Shown here piece by piece: positions 15,726 to 24,688 of a DNA stretch of 64,000 bases. The DNA is from a virus. The stretch lies in the IMG/VR virus record IMGVR_UViG_3300030085_001980; one strand, 5' to 3'. The notes beneath the pieces were generated by a model. That model did not search any database and had not been told where the DNA came from. It was given only the letters and a program-made list of their open reading frames with translations. The position numbers and the translations under genes were made by a program. How positions within the stretch are numbered: the first letter of the stretch is position 1; the number at the start of each line of letters is the position of its first letter.

Positions 15726-16432
15726 AGAAGTTCCTCAAGTGCTTCATCATCTTCATCGATACCTTCGCCTGTGTTCTGTTCACAGGGACCATAATATGGG
15801 TTGTGGTTCTGATTACTTTGTTCATTACGAATCCATTCACCCGCTGCTTCCCAAGGTGCTGCCAACATAGGACGACCATCCCATTTATTCTTGGCATATT
15901 TACCCTCTTGCTCAACATATGAGACGAAGCATTGAATTTGTTCTTTCGGTCCTTCGTAGTTAGGACGCCAGTGCAAATCCTCGTGACCCTTGAATATAAT
16001 AGAGTCACCAGTATTTAAGAAGAACTCATAGGTTTTTCCCTTCACTTCGATAAAGAAGGGCCACTTATATTGTGGGTCAGCACTAACACAAATGTTACCT
16101 ACCCATTCTCCACTACTACGGTCACGATGTGCGAAGCACTCAGTGTTCTTAACGTACAGTCTGCCATATGAGAATGTCTGCCACAATTTCTTCTTGATTA
16201 ACATCTCAATCAGTGGTTTGTGATATTGACCAAGTGCTTCAAATGGCACAGGACAATACATACTAAATGCACCAGGCATTGTAGGATCGCCCATAGGAAG
16301 ATCAGGATATTGATATTGCACAACATCCTTAATCATATGATATTCAAGTGCAACGTGGTCACATAATGTCTTCGGAACAGCATTACGTACGATCCACAGT
16401 CTACCCTCAATAACTTCATTAATTTGAGTCAT
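15722..16432 (-). CDS. 2OG-Fe(II) oxygenase (PKHD/HRDR-type)
   Basis: HRDRSSGE...GDSIIFKG...HWR. Confidence 0.8.
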   Translation of the reverse strand: MTQINEVIEGRLWIVRNAVPKTLCDHVALEYHMIKDVVQYQYPDLPMGDPTMPGAFSMYCPVPFEALGQYHKPLIEMLIKKKLWQTFSYGRLYVKNTECFAHRDRSSGEWVGNICVSADPQYKWPFFIEVKGKTYEFFLNTGDSIIFKGHEDLHWRPNYEGPKEQIQCFVSYVEQEGKYAKNKWDGRPMLAAPWEAAGEWIRNEQSNQNHNPYYGPCEQNTGEGIDEDDEALEELL

Positions 16433-17064
16433 AATGCTCTGCCAAAAAATACGAGAGTGAGTCTACCACTCTGATTGTCAGTGCCAAAGAACTCACCACC
16501 AGAATGATACTTCCTACCATCAAATATAACGCATCGATTGTATCGTGCTTCAACGGTAGTGTTAGGAATGAAATGTTTATTACACTCCAACCTGTGCTTA
16601 TTTAACGACTTTCTAAGATCAGGATCATCCGTATTAACATTAGTCTGAAACTCTTCAGTGTAGTTAATACTATTGTCATTGTTAGGTACATCGTAGATAG
16701 ATGTTCCAGCACCCTGAGGACAATTCTCGTTGAGATATATCAGACCACCAACACCATAATTGTCAGCATCACGATGTATCCATCCAGATTCATAATCCTC
16801 CGTACAGATGTGAAAGGTCGCATCTAATTGATCGAAGTATGTCTTCCCAGGGATATATTCAATGAGTTTGGATGCAAGTCTTTGGTGAAACATCCAATCA
16901 GTTTGGTGCAACAATGGTGCTGCACGTACACCTGGCCAGTTACCTTTATCTGGGTGATCTTTGCAGGGAAGATAATCTAAACTGAGCGCCCAGTTCCTGA
17001 TAACAGAGGGCGTCTCAAAAAAGTTATCTACGACGATCGTCGGAAAAGGAATCGAAAGGGACAT
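16429..17064 (-). CDS. 2OG-Fe(II) oxygenase (DUF6445-like)
   Basis: IVVDNFF.P..IR..AL, WPG.R, WIHRD, YNRCVIFDG..YHS, RLTLVFF. Confidence 0.85.
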   Translation of the reverse strand: MSLSIPFPTIVVDNFFETPSVIRNWALSLDYLPCKDHPDKGNWPGVRAAPLLHQTDWMFHQRLASKLIEYIPGKTYFDQLDATFHICTEDYESGWIHRDADNYGVGGLIYLNENCPQGAGTSIYDVPNNDNSINYTEEFQTNVNTDDPDLRKSLNKHRLECNKHFIPNTTVEARYNRCVIFDGRKYHSGGEFFGTDNQSGRLTLVFFGRAL

Positions 17065-17643
17065 TTAGGTTCCTCCTTTGTGCCGAAGATTTTCTCTTTG
17101 AGTTTGCGTAACATAATTAAAGTTAATTACTACACGATGGGTTGATTCCACAGGGCAGTGTGATGCGTGCATTGTGAGTCCATCGAACTCTACCAATCGA
17201 CCCTTCTTCGGTGTTACTGTCTGGTGTACTTCACCATCACCACTGAAGAAATAGGTGTCACCATCACTATCGTTGACATAATATAGTGCTGTAGTGTGTG
17301 GACACTCAGCGTCAACGTGAGGCATATTATACCCCATCTTAGTAGGCAAAAGCAACCCACCCTTGACTCTCATCAACTCAAAGGTGGGATCATTTAGGAA
17401 TGATAGAAACAATGGAAAACAGAAGTCCCAGTATGGTGACTCGTGTTCATTCATTCTGTCATAGAATAAATGTGCAAAACCTGCTGATCCTCTTGCATTT
17501 GGATCTATACTCTTTGCTTCATCTTCCTTGCGGTACGTTACATCAGGTAGAAATGCCCAAGGAAACTGTACATTTGTCATCATCGCCTCAATTCTGTCTT
17601 GATACAGTTTGGGGATTACATCATCAATTATTCGCAAGTGCAT
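17065..17643 (-). CDS. 2OG-Fe(II) oxygenase
   Basis: PHVD...TALYYVNDSDGDT...HASHCP...RVVINFN. Confidence 0.88.
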   Translation of the reverse strand: MHLRIIDDVIPKLYQDRIEAMMTNVQFPWAFLPDVTYRKEDEAKSIDPNARGSAGFAHLFYDRMNEHESPYWDFCFPLFLSFLNDPTFELMRVKGGLLLPTKMGYNMPHVDAECPHTTALYYVNDSDGDTYFFSGDGEVHQTVTPKKGRLVEFDGLTMHASHCPVESTHRVVINFNYVTQTQRENLRHKGGT

Positions 17644-18238
17644 AGTTAAAAGTTAAGCATACACGATCATCATCCACTCTATTAACCTGTGTGCGATGTT
17701 TCAACCACCCAGGAAATATCAGGATGTCATTAGTTTCTACGGTTACTTCATTCCACAGGTCTATCTGTGGTTCTCCAGGTGTACCCCAGCGGTGGTATTC
17801 GAGTGGATCACGATACTCAAAAGCACCAGAACCTTCAGGTACCTTGAGATAACAAGATACCACAAGTGGGGTGCCATTGTGATAATGTTCGACTGTCCTT
17901 CCAGAACGTTTGTGTACGTTGACCCAGGATCTTACTGGTTCAGGCATACCAGGACCATAACCCCAATAGTGCCAGATAGGTAAAACTTTTGCTTGTAACC
18001 ATACTAGGAACTCTTCATTGATCTCCCAGTGATGTGGTGCTTGTTCTTGATTATGAGCACTGGAAAATGCAGCACCAGTTTCTAATACAGAACCAGTGCC
18101 CCAGTGTTCTTCTGTGGCATCCATAAGTTTGCCACAGTGTTCTTGTAGCGCCTCGTTTTCGTAATTGAAGTCATATTTCAACTTCCAAATGTACGTCTTC
18201 GATTGTGCTACAGCATCAAGATCAATCGGAAGTTGCAC
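17624..18238 (-). CDS. 2OG-Fe(II) oxygenase (HxH-type)
   Basis: SWVNVH...HYH...FPGWLKHR...RVCLTFN; GTG start at 18238 after GGAGG. Confidence 0.88.
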   Translation of the reverse strand: MQLPIDLDAVAQSKTYIWKLKYDFNYENEALQEHCGKLMDATEEHWGTGSVLETGAAFSSAHNQEQAPHHWEINEEFLVWLQAKVLPIWHYWGYGPGMPEPVRSWVNVHKRSGRTVEHYHNGTPLVVSCYLKVPEGSGAFEYRDPLEYHRWGTPGEPQIDLWNEVTVETNDILIFPGWLKHRTQVNRVDDDRVCLTFNYALANN

Positions 18239-18512
18239 CAATAACCTCCATCTCTTCAGGTTCTTCGTAGGTAGGAACTCCCACAGGAGAACTGTCACCC
18301 AGCACCTGCTCTTTACAGATCAACAGTGCATCAATAGCACCGATAAGTTCTGAACGACGCCGAAATGCATCACTGCGCTTTTCAAACTCAATAGTAGTTA
18401 CACCATAAGGATTCAGTTTCTTATTACTAAAATCCTCGTCATACTTTTCAATCTCTTTTTCTACGAGTTCTTTCTGCGCGTAGAAGTTTTGAATAAGTTC
18501 GTCAATAGTCAT
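18222..18512 (-). CDS. Hypothetical coiled-coil protein
   Basis: ORF track; overlaps both neighbours. Confidence 0.7.
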   Translation of the reverse strand: MTIDELIQNFYAQKELVEKEIEKYDEDFSNKKLNPYGVTTIEFEKRSDAFRRRSELIGAIDALLICKEQVLGDSSPVGVPTYEEPEEMEVIGATSD

Positions 18513-19309
18513 CGGTTTTCGCCATCAGAATGAAATTTAATTGCCTTCATAGCACGTTTGATACGTCCTTGAACATTGTCGTGGACCATATACTCAGCAC
18601 GGATGGAATAGTTGAAGGCGTGTTCTAGATCCCAATCCTTTTCTTTTGCTGTGTCTATAGTCATATCATACCACGTTTTCTCCAGAGTATGTCTGGGGAT
18701 GGGGATGAATTGTGCCAGAGGTGTACCTGCTTTCACAAGTGTACCTTCTTCGCCAGTATTTAGTTCGTGCCATAGCAACTGAATGTTCACTTGCAATGCA
18801 TATCGTGGATCGAACACACCAGCAACTGCTTGGAATCTTGACTCATTGTTCCACCATACTGGTTGCTGTAGCAACACAATATCATCAGATGAACGTACAC
18901 GCCAAGGTGTCTCCAGTTTAATAATGTGTGCCAGAGTATCTCTAGGACTATCAATCAAAGGCATAACCTGTGACGGATCGTGATTAGAGATGTAGTTAGT
19001 GTGCCGTGAAAACTGGTTAGGAATTTCATATGAAAATGACGTACCATCACCATTAGTCTGGATGATAAAATCCATCGGTGCAGTTACAACGTAACCTGTA
19101 CGGCATAGTTGTTTGATGCCAGGGCAATTAGCACTGTTTTGTGATCCCATAAAGGGACATCTCTTGTCCTTTCCTTCCATCCACTGACGCTTAATTGTGT
19201 GCGTGGGGATGACAGGATAACATTCAGCAATACCTGGTTCCAGTGAGAAGAATCTGATCCAGGGTTTCTTCTTCTTAAATAAATTCAGCACGAAGTTCAT
19301 CACCTCCAT
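18509..19309 (-). CDS. Conserved hypothetical protein (DUF6065-like beta-fold)
   Basis: CPGI..L...GY...P, IIKLETPW, GVFD, KAGTPLAQFIP. Confidence 0.7.
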   Translation of the reverse strand: MEVMNFVLNLFKKKKPWIRFFSLEPGIAECYPVIPTHTIKRQWMEGKDKRCPFMGSQNSANCPGIKQLCRTGYVVTAPMDFIIQTNGDGTSFSYEIPNQFSRHTNYISNHDPSQVMPLIDSPRDTLAHIIKLETPWRVRSSDDIVLLQQPVWWNNESRFQAVAGVFDPRYALQVNIQLLWHELNTGEEGTLVKAGTPLAQFIPIPRHTLEKTWYDMTIDTAKEKDWDLEHAFNYSIRAEYMVHDNVQGRIKRAMKAIKFHSDGENR

Positions 19310-20921
19310 AAATGTATTCTTTCAAGTAATCATAATGTGAAGGACATTCGTCAGATGATACAAAGTCATAGACTTCTTTCTCATATGTACGATGTGCATT
19401 TTCAACGAACTCTAGTTCGTCTGGATCACGATCAATCAACCAATCACGACCCAACATCATACCCATACCAGCAGCAATGTAGTTCATACCGTTCATATTG
19501 ACATCCATAGTTTGATCGAGATCAAGTGAAGAACCCATACGCTCGTAATTGTCAACAACACTTACGTTCATTGCCATTTGTTCTTCCAACCACAGATTAC
19601 GCTGGGTACACCAACGCCAATACGGATTATCAGTTCTCATAGACAGTGCATAATGCATTGCTACAAACTTACTGAAACCAATAACTTCTCGCTGTGCTGC
19701 ATAGTTAAACCAGTCACGTTCCATTTGAGTAACGTAACCCTTCCTGCGATTCAGGACATCAACAAGTCTAAGAATATTCTCGTGAGTTGTCAACAACCCA
19801 GTAGACTCAAGAGGTTCAACGAAACCATAGGACAGACCAATACCAAGTACGTTTAGATTCCACGCTTTCTCGTGATAACCGTGCCTAATATCAATTTTAC
19901 CAATCTCATAATCACCTGGGGGAACATCAAACTTCTCTTCAATCCACCGTTCAAACTCAGGTTCAGTCTCATTCTCCATTGCAAATCGTGAGGACCAGCA
20001 GTAACCAACACCAATACGATTCCACAAAGGAATAGTCCACATCCACCCGTTTTCTGCTGCTTCGCAGTCAGTTACGTTGTGCATATGCTTCTCACGATGT
20101 TCCTGAGTCACATACGGAATACGCGCAAAGAATGCCTTATCGTTTGCAAGATCATCAAACTTGATGAATCGTGTTCCCAGATATTGCTCCAACAATATGC
20201 TAGAGAACCCAGTACAGTCGATAAAGAGATCTCCAATGACGCCAATCGTTCTCTGATCTTCAATTAGTCGTACCGCAAGTTGTTTGATTTCCCTGTTAGA
20301 TGCAGCAGGTGATCCACCACGTTCAATATCCTTAACGGATCCACGTACCTCACCAATAATATGAGTGAAGCGTCCCTTTTCTGACTCAGGGTAACAGATA
20401 TTATCACGCAGATACTCACCGAAAAGCGTAGCATCCATATGATACGCTACATCAGTCAACCAGTTAAAGTTTCTCCAACGCTGATCGCGATTGTCCCACT
20501 GTTTGTTGTACTTAACCAGTGCACAATTCTCTTTGTTGAAGAACTCAGCAAATGATTCTGGTGGGTAATCGATAGGTTTCTCTCGTGCAAGATCAAACCA
20601 ATCTTTCATACCTTCTACGGTATCGCTGTAGTCATACTGTCCAAATGGATATTGGAAAGTGCTACCCTTCTCGCGAAAGTTTGTGAACTGAATACTGTTC
20701 TTGTACGTTGCATTGCAAGCAGGCATCCAGTCTTTATCTTCCAGACCGAGTGCTCTCATATACTTGTTAATATGTCCCAGAGTAGATTCACCCACACCTA
20801 CAGTGGGTTTGTCACTCTCTACCAGGACAACATTCACCCAAGGACACAACTTAAGCAGAGCAGCACAGGTCATCCAACCTGCTGATCCTCCACCTACAAT
20901 TACAATGTTTTCAACCTTCAT
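19275..20921 (-). CDS. Flavin-dependent (tryptophan-halogenase family) halogenase 1
   Basis: GGGSAG FAD motif, GVGEST, CNATYK catalytic Lys, GWMWTIP, FVEPLESTG. Confidence 0.92.
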   Translation of the reverse strand: MKVENIVIVGGGSAGWMTCAALLKLCPWVNVVLVESDKPTVGVGESTLGHINKYMRALGLEDKDWMPACNATYKNSIQFTNFREKGSTFQYPFGQYDYSDTVEGMKDWFDLAREKPIDYPPESFAEFFNKENCALVKYNKQWDNRDQRWRNFNWLTDVAYHMDATLFGEYLRDNICYPESEKGRFTHIIGEVRGSVKDIERGGSPAASNREIKQLAVRLIEDQRTIGVIGDLFIDCTGFSSILLEQYLGTRFIKFDDLANDKAFFARIPYVTQEHREKHMHNVTDCEAAENGWMWTIPLWNRIGVGYCWSSRFAMENETEPEFERWIEEKFDVPPGDYEIGKIDIRHGYHEKAWNLNVLGIGLSYGFVEPLESTGLLTTHENILRLVDVLNRRKGYVTQMERDWFNYAAQREVIGFSKFVAMHYALSMRTDNPYWRWCTQRNLWLEEQMAMNVSVVDNYERMGSSLDLDQTMDVNMNGMNYIAAGMGMMLGRDWLIDRDPDELEFVENAHRTYEKEVYDFVSSDECPSHYDYLKEYIYGGDELRAEFI

Positions 20922-20929
20922 AATGATTC

Positions 20930-22408
20930 CTATTGTTCTTTATATATGTGGGTAAGGTAGTAGTCAATGGTACGTGGATAATCCTCCATACTACGAGGTG
21001 ATAATCGATCACTAATTACATCACTAAAATCTTCCAAGTGGAAACCATTGGTCAGAGACCTAACCATCTCCCTAGAGAGTTCAGCATAGTGCTCAGGAAT
21101 AATATCATATTCATATCCTCCTAGCAAGTACCCCATCCCCTCTGGAAGATAATCAAGTCTGCTCACCTTATCCCAATCCAGAGTGATAATATCAGGGAAT
21201 TCACCTTCATTATCTAAGTCGTTATAGTATTTCCAGAATGGTGTGTCATCACGTACACCCATCGAGTAATGCTTAACTACAAAATCCCTGAATGATTCAA
21301 ACTTTGTACGTACAGCGTGATTGAACTGCTGCCTCTTAAATGCATTCCACGTGTTAGAAGATTTGGGTAGCACCTGTATCAGTTTCCACAAGAACTCGTG
21401 AACAGAATATAATCCACCAGATTCTAGAGGTTCAATGAAACCAGCAGATAGACCAATTCCAACAACATTTTTGTGCCATACTTTCTCACGCATTCCTGTT
21501 GGCCACTTCAACAATCTGCACTCGTGATCTTCACCTACACCCAGGTGATCTCTGAACTCTTTGAGTGCATCCTCATCAGAAATATAGTCACTACAGTAAT
21601 TATATCCTGTACCAATACGTGACCAGGTAGGTACGTTCCATACCCAACCAGCACTCAATCCTGTGCAATTAGTATATGCAACCAGTTGATCTTCTTTATA
21701 TTCATAATCGAGTCTAGTTGCCCAGGTGCTATCTGTCTTCAGTTCCCATCCCCAAGAGTTCCACGGTGTGTGAATCTTATTAAGTAACAGTGCCTTAAAA
21801 CCTGTGCAGTCAATGTACAAATCTGCATCTACAAATCTACCAGACTCCAAATGCAGCATAGAAATACCACCATCATCTGTTTGAATACCAGTGACAGTAT
21901 CCATCATATATCCGATCTTATGCGAATACTTAGACTTTAGATACTCAGAAAACTTTACAGCATCAATATGATAACCTACAAACCGATCAAGGTTCTCAGG
22001 ATATAGTCTACGGTTTTCAATAGGATCAATGACATCAGAGAACACTCTGCCAAATGTCATTGAGTCTACTTTATTATCACGTCTCCAGTTGAAATAATCA
22101 CTGATGGGTACAACATTAGTAGTCTTCCCAAATGGATAGTGAAAGTTACCATTAGGATTAAAGTTTTGAAAACGTACTGAATGTTTATAGGTAGCATCAC
22201 ACGCAGGCATCCACTCCTCATCTTTGAGACCAAGATACCTTACAAAGTCATTAAAAAATTGTGTCGTCGATTCACCTACCCCAATCTTAGGAATAGATGA
22301 TTCAATCAACACAATCTCTTTAGTATCACCAAAATGTTGGGACAACATTGCTGCTGTCATCCAACCTGCACTGCCGCCACCGACAATGCAGATTTTATCC
22401 AATTTCAT
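20930..22408 (-). CDS. Flavin-dependent (tryptophan-halogenase family) halogenase 2
   Basis: GGGSAG, GVGEST, CDATYK, GWVWNVP, FIEPLESGG. Confidence 0.92.
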   Translation of the reverse strand: MKLDKICIVGGGSAGWMTAAMLSQHFGDTKEIVLIESSIPKIGVGESTTQFFNDFVRYLGLKDEEWMPACDATYKHSVRFQNFNPNGNFHYPFGKTTNVVPISDYFNWRRDNKVDSMTFGRVFSDVIDPIENRRLYPENLDRFVGYHIDAVKFSEYLKSKYSHKIGYMMDTVTGIQTDDGGISMLHLESGRFVDADLYIDCTGFKALLLNKIHTPWNSWGWELKTDSTWATRLDYEYKEDQLVAYTNCTGLSAGWVWNVPTWSRIGTGYNYCSDYISDEDALKEFRDHLGVGEDHECRLLKWPTGMREKVWHKNVVGIGLSAGFIEPLESGGLYSVHEFLWKLIQVLPKSSNTWNAFKRQQFNHAVRTKFESFRDFVVKHYSMGVRDDTPFWKYYNDLDNEGEFPDIITLDWDKVSRLDYLPEGMGYLLGGYEYDIIPEHYAELSREMVRSLTNGFHLEDFSDVISDRLSPRSMEDYPRTIDYYLTHIYKEQ

Positions 22409-22427
22409 AACGACTTTTGTTTTTTAT

Positions 22428-22436
22428 ACTATACCA
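22428..22436 (-). promoter_or_regulatory. Possible extended -10 promoter upstream of halogenase 2
   Basis: TGG-TATAGT; no good -35. Confidence 0.3.
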
Positions 22437-22953
22437 CAGGTTCGTCGTAAGTTCTACCCCAGTTAGAGTAACGCTCCCAGCAGGGTGTTTCCTGAGGGGA
22501 CAGTTTACAGGGACGATTGACTGAAGGTTCCTGTTCATCTGACATAAAGTCAGCAACTTCTTCCTCTGTCATCGTGGGATCCATCGCTTCTTCTACAGAT
22601 GAAGGAGCAGTGGTATTCTCTTTTACCTGTTTGATGTGATTAAACCACAGTGCATCTGATCCACCAAGATCTCTACCAGCAGCAAGATCTTTGTAGAGCA
22701 TATCAAGTTGCTCGCCAATTTGACCATATGCAACTGTACGTGCAGTAGCAGGATCAGTGTACGATTCAGTACGCTCAACCCAGACCATATCAGAGGCAGC
22801 AGGACTCCACTCAAGAGTCCAAGATTTAGTGACATTATCGGGTGCATTTACCCACATCTGTCCACAACCACGACCAAAGAAAAGGTCGTACTCTTCACCT
22901 GGTTCAACTACGTCAGAGACGTAACCAGTATAGTCCATTAACGCTTTCTTCAT
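22429..22953 (-). CDS. Hypothetical protein, probably tail-fibre associated
   Basis: Follows the Gly-rich fibre gene; R..AYG.IGEQLDMLYKD motif as in fibre chaperone-like proteins. Confidence 0.65.
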   Translation of the reverse strand: MKKALMDYTGYVSDVVEPGEEYDLFFGRGCGQMWVNAPDNVTKSWTLEWSPAASDMVWVERTESYTDPATARTVAYGQIGEQLDMLYKDLAAGRDLGGSDALWFNHIKQVKENTTAPSSVEEAMDPTMTEEEVADFMSDEQEPSVNRPCKLSPQETPCWERYSNWGRTYDEPVV

Positions 22954-22964
22954 TATTTCTTACC

Positions 22965-23765
22965 TCACTTATAGTTGATGACACAGACGATGCCGTACTT
23001 GCCGTTGGCACCACGGAAACTGTGGAAGTGACCACCCGAACCGCCTGCACCAAATGCAGCGTGGTCTTGGTGGTTATGGGAGAAGTTGCCACCATTGGGC
23101 CAACCGCCCGAGACAGCACCACCGAAGTGAGAAGAACCACCTACTCCACCGCCACCGCCGTGGTGAGACTGTCCTCCACCACCCCAGATGTTGAGGTCAC
23201 CGCCAGAACCGTTTCTGCCGAGACCGCCTGAGTGCTGGTTGTTTCTGTTAGCGCCGTGACCGCCACCTGCGCTGAGATAAGGACCGAAAGAGGAACTGCC
23301 ACCGTCACCACCGTGACCGAAATACCAGGTTCCACCGCCGCCGCCTCCAACAGAGATACCTACAGATGAGATGTTAGCAACGTTCAGAACACGCTCAGAA
23401 TATCCTCCAGCACCGCCAGATTCGCCGTGTCCCGATCCACCGCCGCCGCCACCTTGGACGCGAACGTGAATATATTTTACTCCAGATGGACGGTTCCACG
23501 TACCGTTACCAGTCCAAGTTTGAAGAGAGAATATGTTCTCTGAGGAGACATCCGTCCAGGACATAGATGTTCCGTTGTTAGTCAGGAATTTACCACTTTG
23601 ACCACTAACGGAAGGGACAATCTGGTTAGAAGAACCAGACATCGTACCATTAATGACGATGTTGCTAACAGTTAGGGTCCCGTTAGCAGTGATATTACCT
23701 GAAGCAAGCGAAAAACCACCGATGCCAGACAGGTCTCTAATAGATGCAACTTTAAGTGTACTCAT
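22965..23765 (-). CDS. Glycine-rich tail-fibre/virion protein
   Basis: SGQSGKFLTNNGTSMSW fibre motif followed by TWNRPSGV...GGGGGG Gly-rich domain; late promoter upstream. Confidence 0.8.
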   Translation of the reverse strand: MSTLKVASIRDLSGIGGFSLASGNITANGTLTVSNIVINGTMSGSSNQIVPSVSGQSGKFLTNNGTSMSWTDVSSENIFSLQTWTGNGTWNRPSGVKYIHVRVQGGGGGGSGHGESGGAGGYSERVLNVANISSVGISVGGGGGGTWYFGHGGDGGSSSFGPYLSAGGGHGANRNNQHSGGLGRNGSGGDLNIWGGGGQSHHGGGGGVGGSSHFGGAVSGGWPNGGNFSHNHQDHAAFGAGGSGGHFHSFRGANGKYGIVCVINYK

Positions 23766-23791
23766 TTTGCCTGTTGAATTTCCTCAAAAAC

Positions 23792-23799
23792 TATTTATA
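23792..23799 (-). promoter_or_regulatory. T4-type late promoter
   Basis: TATAAATA. Confidence 0.75.
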
Positions 23800-23807
23800 A
23801 GAATGGA

Positions 23808-24659
23808 TCAACTATAATTCTGTCTTTCAACAATGACAGTATAAGGTTGTCCAGCGTTGATTTGATGGTTCAGAATAGTAACCTCTGCTCTTTGCAGTGT
23901 ACCACCTGCACCATTGGAACCATCACGGTAAAAAACCGTGGTGTTTTGACCATTAACGGTCCAACTTGTTGGGGATCCAGTACCACCATCAAATCTGGTA
24001 TATACGATAAATCGTGCTGCCTGACCTGAGTCAAGAGGTACGTTAGTAATGTTGATGGTATAATTACCACCACCAGTTTTAGTAACCCAAAGGTTACCAC
24101 CAGAGTTCCAATCGTGGTTTACAGTACCACTAGACTGTACATAATATAGGTGTTCGGTGAGACCACTATGTGAAAGTGTTCCAGTGAACTTACCGTGACC
24201 AGATTCAATATCAACGAACATTGCATATGACAGGTCGTCCTGACCCATCACCATCCAAGTTGCGTTGTTCTCAATGGTAACAGTATAACCACTCGCAATC
24301 TCTACAGGACCAGCAGTAAAACCGTTAGTAAACTCTACACCACCGTTAAATGTTGGACCTACAGTAATGTTCTCTTCAATGGTAGTTCCATTTGTTCTGA
24401 TGATGGAGTTTTCACCAACAGAAGGACCGCCACCACCAACATCATCCCAACCAGGGTTACCAGCATTAGCATCTTGTAGATAAATCTGCGCTTGGTCTTC
24501 AGTGGTGTTATACACCAACGTACCATATGCAGGTGTACCCAGAGCGTTAATCTGAGACTGGTTAAGTGGAGGAAGGTTAAGTTGTTCGGAAATAGACCAG
24601 GCAGTTACCAGACCTCTGGTCGCTGCTTGTATCTGATTACCATTAATCTTGGTTGCCAT
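23808..24659 (-). CDS. Tail-fibre/structural protein
   Basis: GTLVYNTT..Q+Y, IIRTN..TI.ENITV, GPVEIASGYTVTI fibre motifs. Confidence 0.75.
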   Translation of the reverse strand: MATKINGNQIQAATRGLVTAWSISEQLNLPPLNQSQINALGTPAYGTLVYNTTEDQAQIYLQDANAGNPGWDDVGGGGPSVGENSIIRTNGTTIEENITVGPTFNGGVEFTNGFTAGPVEIASGYTVTIENNATWMVMGQDDLSYAMFVDIESGHGKFTGTLSHSGLTEHLYYVQSSGTVNHDWNSGGNLWVTKTGGGNYTINITNVPLDSGQAARFIVYTRFDGGTGSPTSWTVNGQNTTVFYRDGSNGAGGTLQRAEVTILNHQINAGQPYTVIVERQNYS

Positions 24660-24681
24660 ATTGGTCCTAGAGTTCCTGTTC

Positions 24682-24688
24682 TATTTAG
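24682..24688 (-). promoter_or_regulatory. Late promoter variant
   Basis: CTAAATA about 23 nt upstream of the ATG. Confidence 0.6.
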
